Assembly (NCBI GenBank): GCA_963699175.1
Contig: OY969418.1
Span: 5,959,101-6,023,100, forward strand
Direction of reading: 5' to 3'
DNA from: an uncultured Acidobacteriota bacterium
GTDB taxonomy: Bacteria > Acidobacteriota > Blastocatellia > RBC074
DNA: 64,000 bases
Part shown: in pieces, positions 10,128-19,795 of the stretch
Layout of the letters: each line of letters opens with the position of its first letter
Position numbering within the stretch: position 1 is the first letter of the stretch
Notes under the pieces: model-generated
The model's input: the letters and a program-made list of their open reading frames with translations, nothing else
The model's database searches: none
Told to the model about the DNA's origin: nothing
Position numbers and translations under genes: made by a program

Positions 10128-10535
10128 ATGTTATCTATGAGCAAAAAAATTCTTGTCGTAGAAGACGACGAGACGATGCGCTTGACGCTGGCCGCATTAC
10201 TGCGCTGCGAAGGTTTTGAGGTACTGACCGCACGCGACGGCGAGGACGGCTATCATCAGGCATTGGCTGCGTGCCCTGATCTGATTATCACTGATTTGCA
10301 GATGCCAGTCTTGAACGGCGTCGAATTGGCCCAACGAATTCGGCAATGCGGACAATTGAGTCAGGCGCCGATTCTGGCCTTGAGCGCCAACCTGCAGGAT
10401 TACAGTTTGTCAGAGCGCATGAACGCAGGCATCAATCGCTTCTTCGATAAAGCGGCCAACGACCGGCAGACCTTGTTAACGACCGTTCGCTCGTTACTCG
10501 ACGGTTCATCGTTGGAAACCGCCTCCGTCGTGTGA
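10128..10535 (+). CDS. single-domain response regulator (receiver only)
   Basis: ILVVEDD, DLIITDLQMP, ILALSA and FFDK motifs. No output domain. Confidence 0.9.
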   Translation: MLSMSKKILVVEDDETMRLTLAALLRCEGFEVLTARDGEDGYHQALAACPDLIITDLQMPVLNGVELAQRIRQCGQLSQAPILALSANLQDYSLSERMNAGINRFFDKAANDRQTLLTTVRSLLDGSSLETASVV

Positions 10536-11066
10536 TGCTTCGCGCTCGTAAAACTCAGCGTTGACGAAGCGCAGCAGCGCAAAGATCACGCCTTGTTTGT
10601 ACAACTGCAACCGATCCAGTTTTCCATTGGAGAGCAGGCCAATCGCGCCTTCTTGTTGCTTGGAATTCTCTCGACCGAAAAAGCGGTCATCTGCTTCGCC
10701 AAGCTCCAAACCCACGCGCACGAGTTGCGCCACACCTTCAGGCAGGAGGAAGCGGCCCGTTTGGCCACAACCTACGCGGCCCGCGCGGTCAACGATCACG
10801 ACCCAGGCGTAAGCCCACATTCCATCCGCGCTGTCTTGCACGCCACCTTCAAGACCGACGCCATAGCTCGCTTCGGTCGTCTGTGCCAGAGCCAGGCGCG
10901 CTCGATTGAGCGCGCCTGTGAACATCTCGTGATCTGAGTCGGGTTGGTGGCTGACACCCGAATCAGTGGCGACACCGATGGCGCACGCTTCCGGCCAGAA
11001 CTCAGCGATAGCGGCAGCGACGCAGTTGATTTTGACTGGATTGGTCGAACCAACAACAAAGATCAT
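10506..11066 (-). CDS. yjjX: inosine/xanthosine triphosphatase (DUF84)
   Basis: VGSTNPVK, SGVSHQP, GALNRA, GLEGG and KQQEGAIG motifs. Start moved to MIFVVG at 11066. Confidence 0.9.
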   Translation of the reverse strand: MIFVVGSTNPVKINCVAAAIAEFWPEACAIGVATDSGVSHQPDSDHEMFTGALNRARLALAQTTEASYGVGLEGGVQDSADGMWAYAWVVIVDRAGRVGCGQTGRFLLPEGVAQLVRVGLELGEADDRFFGRENSKQQEGAIGLLSNGKLDRLQLYKQGVIFALLRFVNAEFYEREASHDGGGFQR

Positions 11067-11178
11067 GGCGGAAATCCCAGCGCGACTCCTTTGACAAAAA
11101 GATTGGTGAAAAGGTATTGCTGACGCCGCGCACTGTAACATTGCGCCTCGGATGATTGCCACTCGCGAAAGAATAAAT

Positions 11179-11742
11179 ATGCGCATCATTGATCTAACAC
11201 CGAACGACGGCGAATTGATTCAACAGGCCGCTCAACTTCTCTTCGACGCCTTCAAAACCAATTGGCCGGATGCCTGGCCGACGCTCGAAGAGGCAACCGC
11301 CGAAGTGCACGAATCGTTTGCGCCTGACCGGTTGAGCCGCGTGGCCATTGATGAAGATGGCACGTTATTGGGTTGGGTCGGCGGCATCGAACATTACAGC
11401 GGCCACGTGTGGGAGCTACACCCATTGGCTGTCAAAACCACTGTGCAAAGGCGCGGCATCGGGCGCGCGCTGGTCGGAGATTTAGAGCAGCAGGTCAGTC
11501 AGCGTGGCGCATTGACGCTCTGGGTCGGAACAGATGATGAAGCGGGCATGACCTCGCTGGCGGGCGTTGATCTCTATCCAAACGTCTGGGAGCACCTGGC
11601 GCAGATCAAGAATCTACGCGGCCACCCTTACGAGTTTTATCAGAAGTTGGGCTTTGCCATCATCGGCGTGATCCCGGACGCCAATGGGTGGGGCAAGCCG
11701 GACATCTACATGGCTAAGCGGGTGAAAGGAAACGAGCGTTGA
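11179..11742 (+). CDS. GNAT N-acetyltransferase, AAC(6')-Ia-like
   Basis: WELHPL, GIGRAL, GTDDE, HPYEFYQKLG, IPDANG.GKPDI motifs, as recalled from AAC(6')-Ia. Confidence 0.8.
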   Translation: MRIIDLTPNDGELIQQAAQLLFDAFKTNWPDAWPTLEEATAEVHESFAPDRLSRVAIDEDGTLLGWVGGIEHYSGHVWELHPLAVKTTVQRRGIGRALVGDLEQQVSQRGALTLWVGTDDEAGMTSLAGVDLYPNVWEHLAQIKNLRGHPYEFYQKLGFAIIGVIPDANGWGKPDIYMAKRVKGNER

Positions 11743-13071
11743 ATGGAAAGAGCACCCCTACGCGATATGGCCTTGCAGATTTTTCAACACACGCTGGCCG
11801 CGATTGACGTGGAGACGGTCATACGTGCGCACCTGCGGTTGGAAGACGAGCAGCTTTGTATCGGCGACACACGTTGTGATCTGCAACGCATCAGACGCGC
11901 CGTTATCATCGCCATAGGCAAGGCCAGCCTGCCGATGGCGCGCGCCGCCAGCCCGCTGCTCGGCGCACAATTTCACGAAGGTCTCATCGTCACCAACGAA
12001 ACGCATGGTCAGCCGCCGCCCAGCTTTCAGCTCTATCTGGGCGGCCATCCGACGCCGAATCAGGACAGCTTCGACGCAGCCAGGCACGCGCTGGATTTAC
12101 TGCGCCGCTGTGATGGCGAAGACACGCTCGTTTTGTTTCTGCTCTCCGGCGGCGGCTCAGCGATGTTCGAGTTGCCGATTGATCAGAGTCTGACGTTGGA
12201 AGATTTGCAGGCCGTCAATCGCGCGCTGGTCAATTGCGGCGCGGTGATTCACGAGATGAACATCGTGCGGCGCCATCTTTCGGCAGTGAAGGGCGGGCGA
12301 TTGGCTGCTGCTGCGCCACGAGCGCAACAAATCTCGCTCTATATTTCCGATGTCAACAGCGACGATCTTTCCACCGTCGCCTCCGGCCCAACGCTGCCAA
12401 GCGGCGCAACGCTTGCAGCTTTCAGGAGCGTAATTGAACGCTATGACCTACTGGCAAAATTCCCTCCGCATGTCGCCGCGTTGATTGCTGCAGGTAACAT
12501 TCCGCCCTTGCCACCAGCCGCTCAGCAAAACGAACGCGCCGCGCATTATCTGCTGCTCGACAACTCAATCGCTTTGCAAACGGCGCGGCGCATCGCCGAA
12601 GAAGAAGTTGGCTGTGTCGTCGAAACCGCCAGTGATTTGATCGAAGGCGAAGTCGAAACGATGGCGCGCACGCATCTACAACGCTTGCTGACTCTGCGCG
12701 CCAGACATCCAGGCCGAACGGTCTGTTTGCTCTCCGGCGGCGAGGTGATCTGCCCCGTGCATGGCAATGGCCAGGGCGGACGCAATCAGGAGTTTGTGTT
12801 ACGCGCAGCGATGGCTATGGCGGAGCAACAGCTTGATAACGTGGTCTGTCTAAGCGCAGGAACGGATGGGATAGACGGCAACAGTCCGGCAGCAGGCGCG
12901 TTGGCCGATGCTACGACAGTGTCCCGTGCCCAGGCATTAGGACTAATAGCGGAAGAGTTTTTACGAAACAGTGATTCGTTCAGTTTCTTCAACCTGCTAA
13001 GCGATGCCTTGATAACCAGGCCAACCGGCAACAACGTGCGTGACGTGCGGATTCTGCTGGCACAAGCCTGA
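11743..13071 (+). CDS. glycerate 2-kinase (DUF4147 + MOFRL)
   Basis: IGKAS, HPTP, LSGGGSA, LSAVKGGRL, GGRNQE, GTDGIDG, PTGNNVRD motifs. Confidence 0.92.
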   Translation: MERAPLRDMALQIFQHTLAAIDVETVIRAHLRLEDEQLCIGDTRCDLQRIRRAVIIAIGKASLPMARAASPLLGAQFHEGLIVTNETHGQPPPSFQLYLGGHPTPNQDSFDAARHALDLLRRCDGEDTLVLFLLSGGGSAMFELPIDQSLTLEDLQAVNRALVNCGAVIHEMNIVRRHLSAVKGGRLAAAAPRAQQISLYISDVNSDDLSTVASGPTLPSGATLAAFRSVIERYDLLAKFPPHVAALIAAGNIPPLPPAAQQNERAAHYLLLDNSIALQTARRIAEEEVGCVVETASDLIEGEVETMARTHLQRLLTLRARHPGRTVCLLSGGEVICPVHGNGQGGRNQEFVLRAAMAMAEQQLDNVVCLSAGTDGIDGNSPAAGALADATTVSRAQALGLIAEEFLRNSDSFSFFNLLSDALITRPTGNNVRDVRILLAQA

Positions 13072-13166
13072 GCGGAAAAATAACACTTTGCCCCCGCCAC
13101 AATTCAGTGTAAAAAGACAGCCGCATCCCACGAAGCCATTTCAATAGACGTTTTAAGAGATAGACC

Positions 13167-15074
13167 ATGAGGAAATGGGTTTGGTTAATTATATTGGCGC
13201 TAGGCGTCTGGTCATTGTATTGCGGGTCTGCCACGCAAGATTCGTTGATTACACACGCTACTGCGTTGCAAGAGACGGTGCCGCAAGCTGAGCCTGTCAA
13301 CTGGGTTGGCTTGATTAATTGTGCGGTCAGGCAGAACACCTTACAAAAGATTCGCGGGCGTGATGATTCACCTGACGCGGGCGCTTGTTCGACTCAGCGC
13401 ATCAATGAGGGCGCATATCTGGAATTTGCAGCGTCAGAAACCGGCAAGGAGCGCTACGTGGGGGTGAGCGCGGAGTGCGCTGGCGCCAGTGACAAAGCGA
13501 TAGACTTTGCCCTACACCTCACTACCATCATTTATCGCGGCGCACCTGTCGTGGAAGTGCGTGAGCGTGGCGTCTATCGAGCTGAAACTTCCTACTCGGC
13601 GCAAACCACCTTTCGCATCGCTGTCGAAGGCGGCGCAGTTAAGTACTACAAAGACGATGAGTGTTTTTATGTGAGCAAAGCCGAGCCGCATTATTCATTA
13701 GCGGTGGCCGTTTCCTTATTTAATGTTGGAGCAGCAGTGAGTAATGCTGTTGTGGTCAAAGGCAAGGTAGAAAGAGCCAAACCGCTTGCAGCTAAGTCAC
13801 AGACCCAAGCAAGTAACCCAACTGCTGCTAGTGATTCATCATCTACCCTGAAAGCGCCAGCCAATAGTCCGTGGGCCGGTATTCCAGACGATAACAAAAT
13901 CTACCTGCCTCCCGATTATGCCGCTTTCACACCGCCCAATGTGGGCAGCAAGTACTTTGACACAGTCTTTGGCACGACCTTAGTGCGCCTAAGCAACGGC
14001 CAGGCGCAATTCAACGATGCCGTTCATCATGAGTACGCAACCATGTCGCCGTTCAACAAGGATAGTAGTTTGATATTGCTGCAATCCGATCAGCATGGTT
14101 TCTTTATCGTTGATCGCAACGGAAGGCAGGTCGTGCCACCAGCCGCCTTGCAACTCGGTGGTTTGAGCGAGCCTAGATGGAGCGGCAAAGATACTCACGC
14201 GTTCTACTATCACGACGGCAACCAACTCAAGCAGTTCAATGTGCTAACCCAGCGAAAGAGCAACGTACATACGTTTCCGCAATACCAGAAAATTACTTTC
14301 GGCGGCGGTGAGGGCGATATTTCTGAAGACGGCGATCATTTGTTGATTGTGGGTGATGACCGTTATGTCGGTATGTACACGCTCAGCAACGACACGCTTG
14401 GCCGGGTGATTGATCTCAGAGCAATTGGCGAGTGGCACGAGGTCTACGTTACTGCGAACAACAATGTCTTGGTGCGTTGGTCGGCTGAAGGCACAGGCAA
14501 AAATAAGGGAACAGGTCTGTTCGACAAAGAGATGAATTTTCTTCGCCAAGTCGTGCCTTTTGTCGGCCACAACGATCAAGGGCGCGACTTGAATGGGGAT
14601 GAGGTATTACTGATTGCAGGTTATCGCGATACTTCGCCAGCGCCCGGCTGCGAGAACAATGGCGTGGAGAAAGTGCGGCTTGCCGATAGCAGGAAAACTT
14701 GTTTAGTACCGCTCAACTGGGAAACCGAGATACACGTCAGCAGTAACAGCGACGGGAGAAATCCCTGGGTGTTGGTTTCGGTTACCGACACAGGCAAAGG
14801 CACGGCTGAAGCCAATAACAGCTTACCGCCGGAATGGCGTAGCCGCTGGGGAGTCAGGTTCAACGAGTTGATTCTGGCCAAAATTGACGGCTCGGAGCGC
14901 CGCCGCATTGCGCATCATCGCAGCCGCACGCTGAGCGACTATTGGTTCCAACCACGCGCGGCCATCAGTAGAGATGGCAGATATGCCGTTTTCGATAGTA
15001 ATTTCGGCATCAATCCCTTGAAAGACTATACGGATGTCTTTCTAGCACACTTGGCCAAAGCTGGTGGAAACTAG
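13167..15074 (+). CDS. secreted two-domain protein (beta-sandwich + TolB/oligogalacturonate-lyase-like beta-propeller)
   Basis: Signal peptide, beta-rich N-domain, Ser/Thr/Ala linker, then propeller-like blades (SEPRWS, ISEDGD, QPRAAISRDGRYAVFDSNF). Confidence 0.65.
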   Translation: MRKWVWLIILALGVWSLYCGSATQDSLITHATALQETVPQAEPVNWVGLINCAVRQNTLQKIRGRDDSPDAGACSTQRINEGAYLEFAASETGKERYVGVSAECAGASDKAIDFALHLTTIIYRGAPVVEVRERGVYRAETSYSAQTTFRIAVEGGAVKYYKDDECFYVSKAEPHYSLAVAVSLFNVGAAVSNAVVVKGKVERAKPLAAKSQTQASNPTAASDSSSTLKAPANSPWAGIPDDNKIYLPPDYAAFTPPNVGSKYFDTVFGTTLVRLSNGQAQFNDAVHHEYATMSPFNKDSSLILLQSDQHGFFIVDRNGRQVVPPAALQLGGLSEPRWSGKDTHAFYYHDGNQLKQFNVLTQRKSNVHTFPQYQKITFGGGEGDISEDGDHLLIVGDDRYVGMYTLSNDTLGRVIDLRAIGEWHEVYVTANNNVLVRWSAEGTGKNKGTGLFDKEMNFLRQVVPFVGHNDQGRDLNGDEVLLIAGYRDTSPAPGCENNGVEKVRLADSRKTCLVPLNWETEIHVSSNSDGRNPWVLVSVTDTGKGTAEANNSLPPEWRSRWGVRFNELILAKIDGSERRRIAHHRSRTLSDYWFQPRAAISRDGRYAVFDSNFGINPLKDYTDVFLAHLAKAGGN

Positions 15075-16333
15075 CTTGGCCTGCTGGAAAACTTACGTTT
15101 GAGCCAACGTAACATTGGTAACACGGCCACCACCAAATCCCCTCCGCCTTTGCCCGTGGCCAGCAGCCACGTGCTCATGGTGCGGCGCGCGGGCCAGAGT
15201 TGATTGGTAAAGCTATTTGCCGCCGCGCATGAATCCATCCACTCAATAGTCTCGTCGCCGTGCAATCGGCGAATGGTCTCCAACTCCAACTGCCAACCGG
15301 GCGAGCCTTGTTCGTACTCTTCATCAAACGCAATCTTGAAAGCAAACGATCCCGCGCCCGCACGCAGACAACATTTAAGCGCAATGGGTTCTCCGTTGAG
15401 CCGCAACGCTAGCCACAACAAACGTTGCCGCCGCGCGCCTTCACACATGGCTTCGAGGAAAAACTGCCGCGACGCCGGGGTTGAAGCCAACGCCGAACCG
15501 GCGCGCCCCTTCCAGCCCTTCGCTTCCAATTGTAGAAATTGCTCGAGCCAAGTCTCAATCTCCGCGCCTGGTTGCCATTCGACATATTCGACCGGCCCAA
15601 GGCGTTCCAGCCGTCTTTCCTGTTTGCGTAGGTATTTGCGCCGCTCTTTGGAGAGCGCCATCGCCAAAAAGCTCTCGCCGTCCGTGCTGCGTTCGAACAG
15701 CGCGCGCGTATAACTCTCTTCCAACATAGCCGGACAGGCCGAATTGTTGAGATAGTCGGTCAGCAATTGAGTCAGCAAACCATCGCCGCCGATCTGGTTT
15801 AACACTAGCAGCGCGCCGCTGTCAGGGTCGTGCTCGAGCCAATCCAAAAAGCTTGTCAGGCAATCACGCGCGTATTCAGCGTGGATAAGCGGAGTGCAGA
15901 GAGTCGCGTATTTGTGGCGCCAGAGGCGCGTGCAAGCGAGTGGAAAACCTTTGTATCCACGCTGATGTTCAAGCGGAAAGAAACCACACAACACAGGCTG
16001 GCCTGACGGCCCAACGAGTTCTTCGGTGTAAAGCAGCACGAAGCGCAAACCCTGATCCGCGCCAAACGCTTTGAGGGCAGGCAACAACATCCACGATTCA
16101 TAAAAGGCGTTCGGTTCGATAGCGGCGGCGGCCAACTCATCCCAAGCGGCGACGTGTTGTACTAACTCTTCTGCGGTATGTAGCACGACGACGCGCATCG
16201 CTTGGCCTGTCGGCTCAAATTGGCATTTACGCGGGCGCTGCCATTGTGCCGCGCGCGTCGGTAGGTCGTTCGCTGTGACGGGTGACGAGGCGGTCTCTTC
16301 ACGCGCCAATAATTCGAGACTGCTTACAGCCAT
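15071..16333 (-). CDS. CelD/BcsL-like tandem GNAT (Acetyltransf_6) protein
   Basis: WDEL...EPNAFY, FLQLEAKGWKG, FKIAFDE..SPG, WMDSCA motifs. Close paralog of 18512-19786. Confidence 0.85.
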   Translation of the reverse strand: MAVSSLELLAREETASSPVTANDLPTRAAQWQRPRKCQFEPTGQAMRVVVLHTAEELVQHVAAWDELAAAAIEPNAFYESWMLLPALKAFGADQGLRFVLLYTEELVGPSGQPVLCGFFPLEHQRGYKGFPLACTRLWRHKYATLCTPLIHAEYARDCLTSFLDWLEHDPDSGALLVLNQIGGDGLLTQLLTDYLNNSACPAMLEESYTRALFERSTDGESFLAMALSKERRKYLRKQERRLERLGPVEYVEWQPGAEIETWLEQFLQLEAKGWKGRAGSALASTPASRQFFLEAMCEGARRQRLLWLALRLNGEPIALKCCLRAGAGSFAFKIAFDEEYEQGSPGWQLELETIRRLHGDETIEWMDSCAAANSFTNQLWPARRTMSTWLLATGKGGGDLVVAVLPMLRWLKRKFSSRPS

Positions 16334-17553
16334 AATCCTGCTGTTGAGTGAGCGGCAGGTTGGAAACGTGCACGCAACGCGCGCCGTACGCGGCCCAACG
16401 CCCGCCGTGTTTTCAAGCCGGTTTGATAGAGTGCCGCACGCCAGCCGGGACGGAAAAGCTCCAACTCATACGCCGCGCGCGTCTCTTTTGTCCATGAATC
16501 TTTGTACGCTGCGCCGCCGCCCATCAAATCGAATTCGCGGATCTCAGGGTCTGCGACACAGGCCTGGAGGCACTGCGCTACCATTACACTACCCAGGCTG
16601 TATTTCGCGTAGTTCATATCGAAGCCGCCCTGAAAGTAATGCGCGACGCCATTGTCAATGAAGGTCAACAAAGTAGCCGTGCATTGGCCATTCAGTTTGA
16701 GCGTCCAAAAGCCCAGGCGGCTTTCTGACAAGGCCTGATTGGCAGCAGTGCGCAGGAAAGCTTCGAACTTGGGGTAAGCGAATGAACCACTCTCGCCTTT
16801 GGCCGTCCAGCGCATTTGATGGAGCCTGACAAAGTCATCCAGCGCCGGTGCCAACTCATCTGGCGTTTCTACTCGGTGAAACTCAACGGCGTAGTCTTTG
16901 TGCAACTTGTTCACCCGGCGTTCGAGCGTGTGGCTGACTTGGCGCGACCAACCACGCTTGATTGTCTCCCAGTCACCATCGGTCGTGACGTGATAGAGCT
17001 GATCGCAAATGTTGATGCGCGCCGTTTCACCCAATGCCTGTTGAAAGTGCGGTAGAACCTTCGACCGATCAGGAATGTTCCATAACCACAACCGATCCCA
17101 ATCGCGGCGCTGCAAAAGAAAAGCCGCACAGGCTTCGGCGCAGGCGCGTTCGAAACCTCGTCGCGCAAGTATGTCCAGATGCTCGCTGGTTTTAATGCCT
17201 GCGCCTGTGCCCAGGAAATTCAGGTCGCGAATGTGCGGCACGCCTGCCCAGCGGCGTTGTTGCCAGTAGAGCGGGGCCAATCCCAGTAAATTTCCTTCGG
17301 CATCACGACAGGCCAGCAGATATAGCTGGCTTTCAGGCGGCGCATAGGTGCGCCACCACAGACGATTCCACGACCAGCAGAGAAAGAAGACACGCTGCTC
17401 GCTCTCTGCCAGCAATTGATCCCAGATTGTTTGGAGACTGTCGAACTCGGCTTCCGTAGTCAGCAACTCGACCTGCAGCGCAGTCGCAGAGATAAACACT
17501 TTGCGCGCGGGCGCAGCCGTGTCGAGCAATGCCTGCGAACCTTGAACGATCAT
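16324..17553 (-). CDS. CelD/BcsL-like tandem GNAT (Acetyltransf_6) protein
   Basis: GLAPL, SEHLDIL, LHQMRW, YFQGGFD..YAKYSLG, FDLMGGGAAYKDSW motifs. Confidence 0.85.
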   Translation of the reverse strand: MIVQGSQALLDTAAPARKVFISATALQVELLTTEAEFDSLQTIWDQLLAESEQRVFFLCWSWNRLWWRTYAPPESQLYLLACRDAEGNLLGLAPLYWQQRRWAGVPHIRDLNFLGTGAGIKTSEHLDILARRGFERACAEACAAFLLQRRDWDRLWLWNIPDRSKVLPHFQQALGETARINICDQLYHVTTDGDWETIKRGWSRQVSHTLERRVNKLHKDYAVEFHRVETPDELAPALDDFVRLHQMRWTAKGESGSFAYPKFEAFLRTAANQALSESRLGFWTLKLNGQCTATLLTFIDNGVAHYFQGGFDMNYAKYSLGSVMVAQCLQACVADPEIREFDLMGGGAAYKDSWTKETRAAYELELFRPGWRAALYQTGLKTRRALGRVRRALRARFQPAAHSTAGLWL

Positions 17554-17556
17554 CGC

Positions 17557-18492
17557 TTACCTGTAATCAGCGCGTGGTGCCTGAGTTTGTTTCTTGAGCA
17601 GTTTGCGCGCGCCCATCCAGGCGCGGAAGCTGTGATAGCCGATGCTGTCATATAACTTCGATTGGCCCAGCGGCATGGGCTTGAGTCCACGACGGCGCAG
17701 GCTTTCGTTGAGCGCGGAAACCACAATTTGGCGTTGATATTTTTTGGTCAGAAACGTGATGCTGAACGAGATGGAAACCTCCGGCCCGTTCTGCACCCAA
17801 TGCGGAGCTGCAGCGGGGAAATGCAGCCCCTTGCCGGGTGTCAGTTTGAAAACTGCCGCGCGCTGCTGAAATTCGTCTTGATAGACAAAATGTGGATTCT
17901 CGCCCGCCAGAAAGCTCTCCATTGCTGTGGCTGGAATGACGCTGTGATCGTCCGGTTCCCACAGGCTGACCTCTTTTTCGCCGCGAATCTGCAAGAGGAA
18001 GTTGTATTCCGGATCGAGATGAAACGGCGTGGTCGAGCCGGGCGAGGAGATAAAAATAAAACCTTCGCGCCTGAACATGCCCGGATCGAGCGGCTCTGCC
18101 AGCGCCTGGACTTGATCGAGACATTCATTGAGCAACGTCGCGTAGTCCGGGTCTTGTTCGACGTGCTTCAGCACCATCCACGAGCGGCATTCTTCGATCC
18201 GGTGAATCGTTTCTTCCACCGACAAACCGGTGCGTGGCCCTTGGTGTAAAACAGTCGTCAAGGGAACCTCGCCGGAGTGATAACTGACATCTTGCTCCGG
18301 CAAGCGTTTGGAAAGCTCGATCAAGCGCGGCAGTTCGAACAATGGATGCCCAGCCAACTGATGGTTGATCGGAAAGCCACGCCGGTTAAAGTCGCGGCGA
18401 AAGCATTCTTCGTCAAGTTCAAGCAATCCAGCTTGTCTGTTGCGACCAGCTTGGTTGGCGGTGGTCATTTCACTTGCATTCACGTTATACAT
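17557..18492 (-). CDS. JmjC/cupin-like Fe(II)/2-oxoglutarate oxygenase
   Basis: TPFHLDPEYNFLLQIRGEK (HxD plus Lys), distal His in APHWVQN, then SISFS. GGAG RBS. Confidence 0.85.
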   Translation of the reverse strand: MYNVNASEMTTANQAGRNRQAGLLELDEECFRRDFNRRGFPINHQLAGHPLFELPRLIELSKRLPEQDVSYHSGEVPLTTVLHQGPRTGLSVEETIHRIEECRSWMVLKHVEQDPDYATLLNECLDQVQALAEPLDPGMFRREGFIFISSPGSTTPFHLDPEYNFLLQIRGEKEVSLWEPDDHSVIPATAMESFLAGENPHFVYQDEFQQRAAVFKLTPGKGLHFPAAAPHWVQNGPEVSISFSITFLTKKYQRQIVVSALNESLRRRGLKPMPLGQSKLYDSIGYHSFRAWMGARKLLKKQTQAPRADYR

Positions 18493-18511
18493 CTTTGCAC
18501 TCCTTGCACCG

Positions 18512-19786
18512 TTACTCGCTTGACGATTGTCTCGGCGACCACGATTTCCAACGCCGTCGCGCCCAATTCAACAGCGGCATGGCGGCTAGGATCAGCTCAC
18601 CCCGATTGCCAATGCCAACCAACATTGATTGAATCGTCCGCCGTTCCGGCCAGAGCTGATTAATCATGAACCGATCGGGCGACGCGCATGAATCCATCCA
18701 ATCCAACTCCGGGCGCGCATGCAAACGGCGGATGTTTTCCAGCTCCAAGAGTACACCGGGCGAATACTTGCCAAACGTCTCATCGAACGCGATCTTGAAT
18801 GCGAATGAGCCGGGCTGGGTCAGAAAATTGCACTTGTGCGCGATAGGGTGCCCGTTGAAATCGAGCGCCAGCATCATCAACTGGTGGCGCTCGAAAGCCG
18901 CACGCGCCACCGTCTCAAAATACGCACGGTCGTTCTCGTTACTAGCCAGCGCCCGCCCCGCATAGCCTTTCCAGCTTTCAGCCTCGAATTGCAGAAACTC
19001 TTGAATCCACGCCTCGACATCGCCACCCGGCGCAAGCGCGCGATATTCGACGCGCCCCGTTTCCATCAAACGCCGCTCCTGTCGCCGGTATTCTTTGAGC
19101 CGGAAGCGCGAGAGCGCTGATCGCAGGTAAGTTTCTGAATCAGCCGACGGCTTGAACAACGCACGCGTAAACCGTTCGGTAACAAGCGTCGCGGCGCCGG
19201 TTGCGTGCAAGTGGTCAACGAGCGCGTGATAGATCTTGCCTTCGCCTGCGATCCAATCGAGTTTCAGTACAGGACAGCCGTGCTCGCCACGTGCCAGCCA
19301 GTCAAAGAAGGCCGCCAGCGTTTCGCGCGCGTAATCTGCTCGTAGTAACGGTGTGGTTAGATAACAAAACTTGTGACGCCAGAGGCTGATGACGCGCAAG
19401 GGCAGGCGGTTGTAGAGTCGTTTCCGCTCCAGCGGGAAAAGCCCACACAGCTTTTTTCCTTGAGTTGACTCGGCAAAGATCAACACAACCTGCAAGTCGC
19501 TGTCCGTTCCCAACAATCGCAATGCCGGCAACAATTGCCACGCCTCATAAAACACGTTCGGCTCAACTGCATTGGCAACCAGATCATCCCATTCAGGCAA
19601 ATAATCGCTCAACGCCTCGATGTTTCGAATCGCCACGACCGTCAGCTTGTTGTGTTCCGATGTGCTAAGTAGGGAAGACGCAACAACAACGGGTTTCTTC
19701 GTCTCTTGTCCTGTTCGGTTGGCGAGCGAAGAAAGAACAGCTTGTCTGGTGTGTAACCCCGTTGTTGTGTCGTCTACTTTCGGCAT
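18512..19786 (-). CDS. CelD/BcsL-like tandem GNAT (Acetyltransf_6) protein
   Basis: WDDL...EPNVFY, EAESWKG, FKIAFDE..SPG, WMDSCA motifs. Confidence 0.85.
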   Translation of the reverse strand: MPKVDDTTTGLHTRQAVLSSLANRTGQETKKPVVVASSLLSTSEHNKLTVVAIRNIEALSDYLPEWDDLVANAVEPNVFYEAWQLLPALRLLGTDSDLQVVLIFAESTQGKKLCGLFPLERKRLYNRLPLRVISLWRHKFCYLTTPLLRADYARETLAAFFDWLARGEHGCPVLKLDWIAGEGKIYHALVDHLHATGAATLVTERFTRALFKPSADSETYLRSALSRFRLKEYRRQERRLMETGRVEYRALAPGGDVEAWIQEFLQFEAESWKGYAGRALASNENDRAYFETVARAAFERHQLMMLALDFNGHPIAHKCNFLTQPGSFAFKIAFDETFGKYSPGVLLELENIRRLHARPELDWMDSCASPDRFMINQLWPERRTIQSMLVGIGNRGELILAAMPLLNWARRRWKSWSPRQSSSE

Positions 19787-19795
19787 AAATCATTT

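Noticed and set aside
11067-11189. Longer start for yjjX
   Set aside because: It would overlap the divergent GNAT gene, and the family motif starts at MIFVVG.
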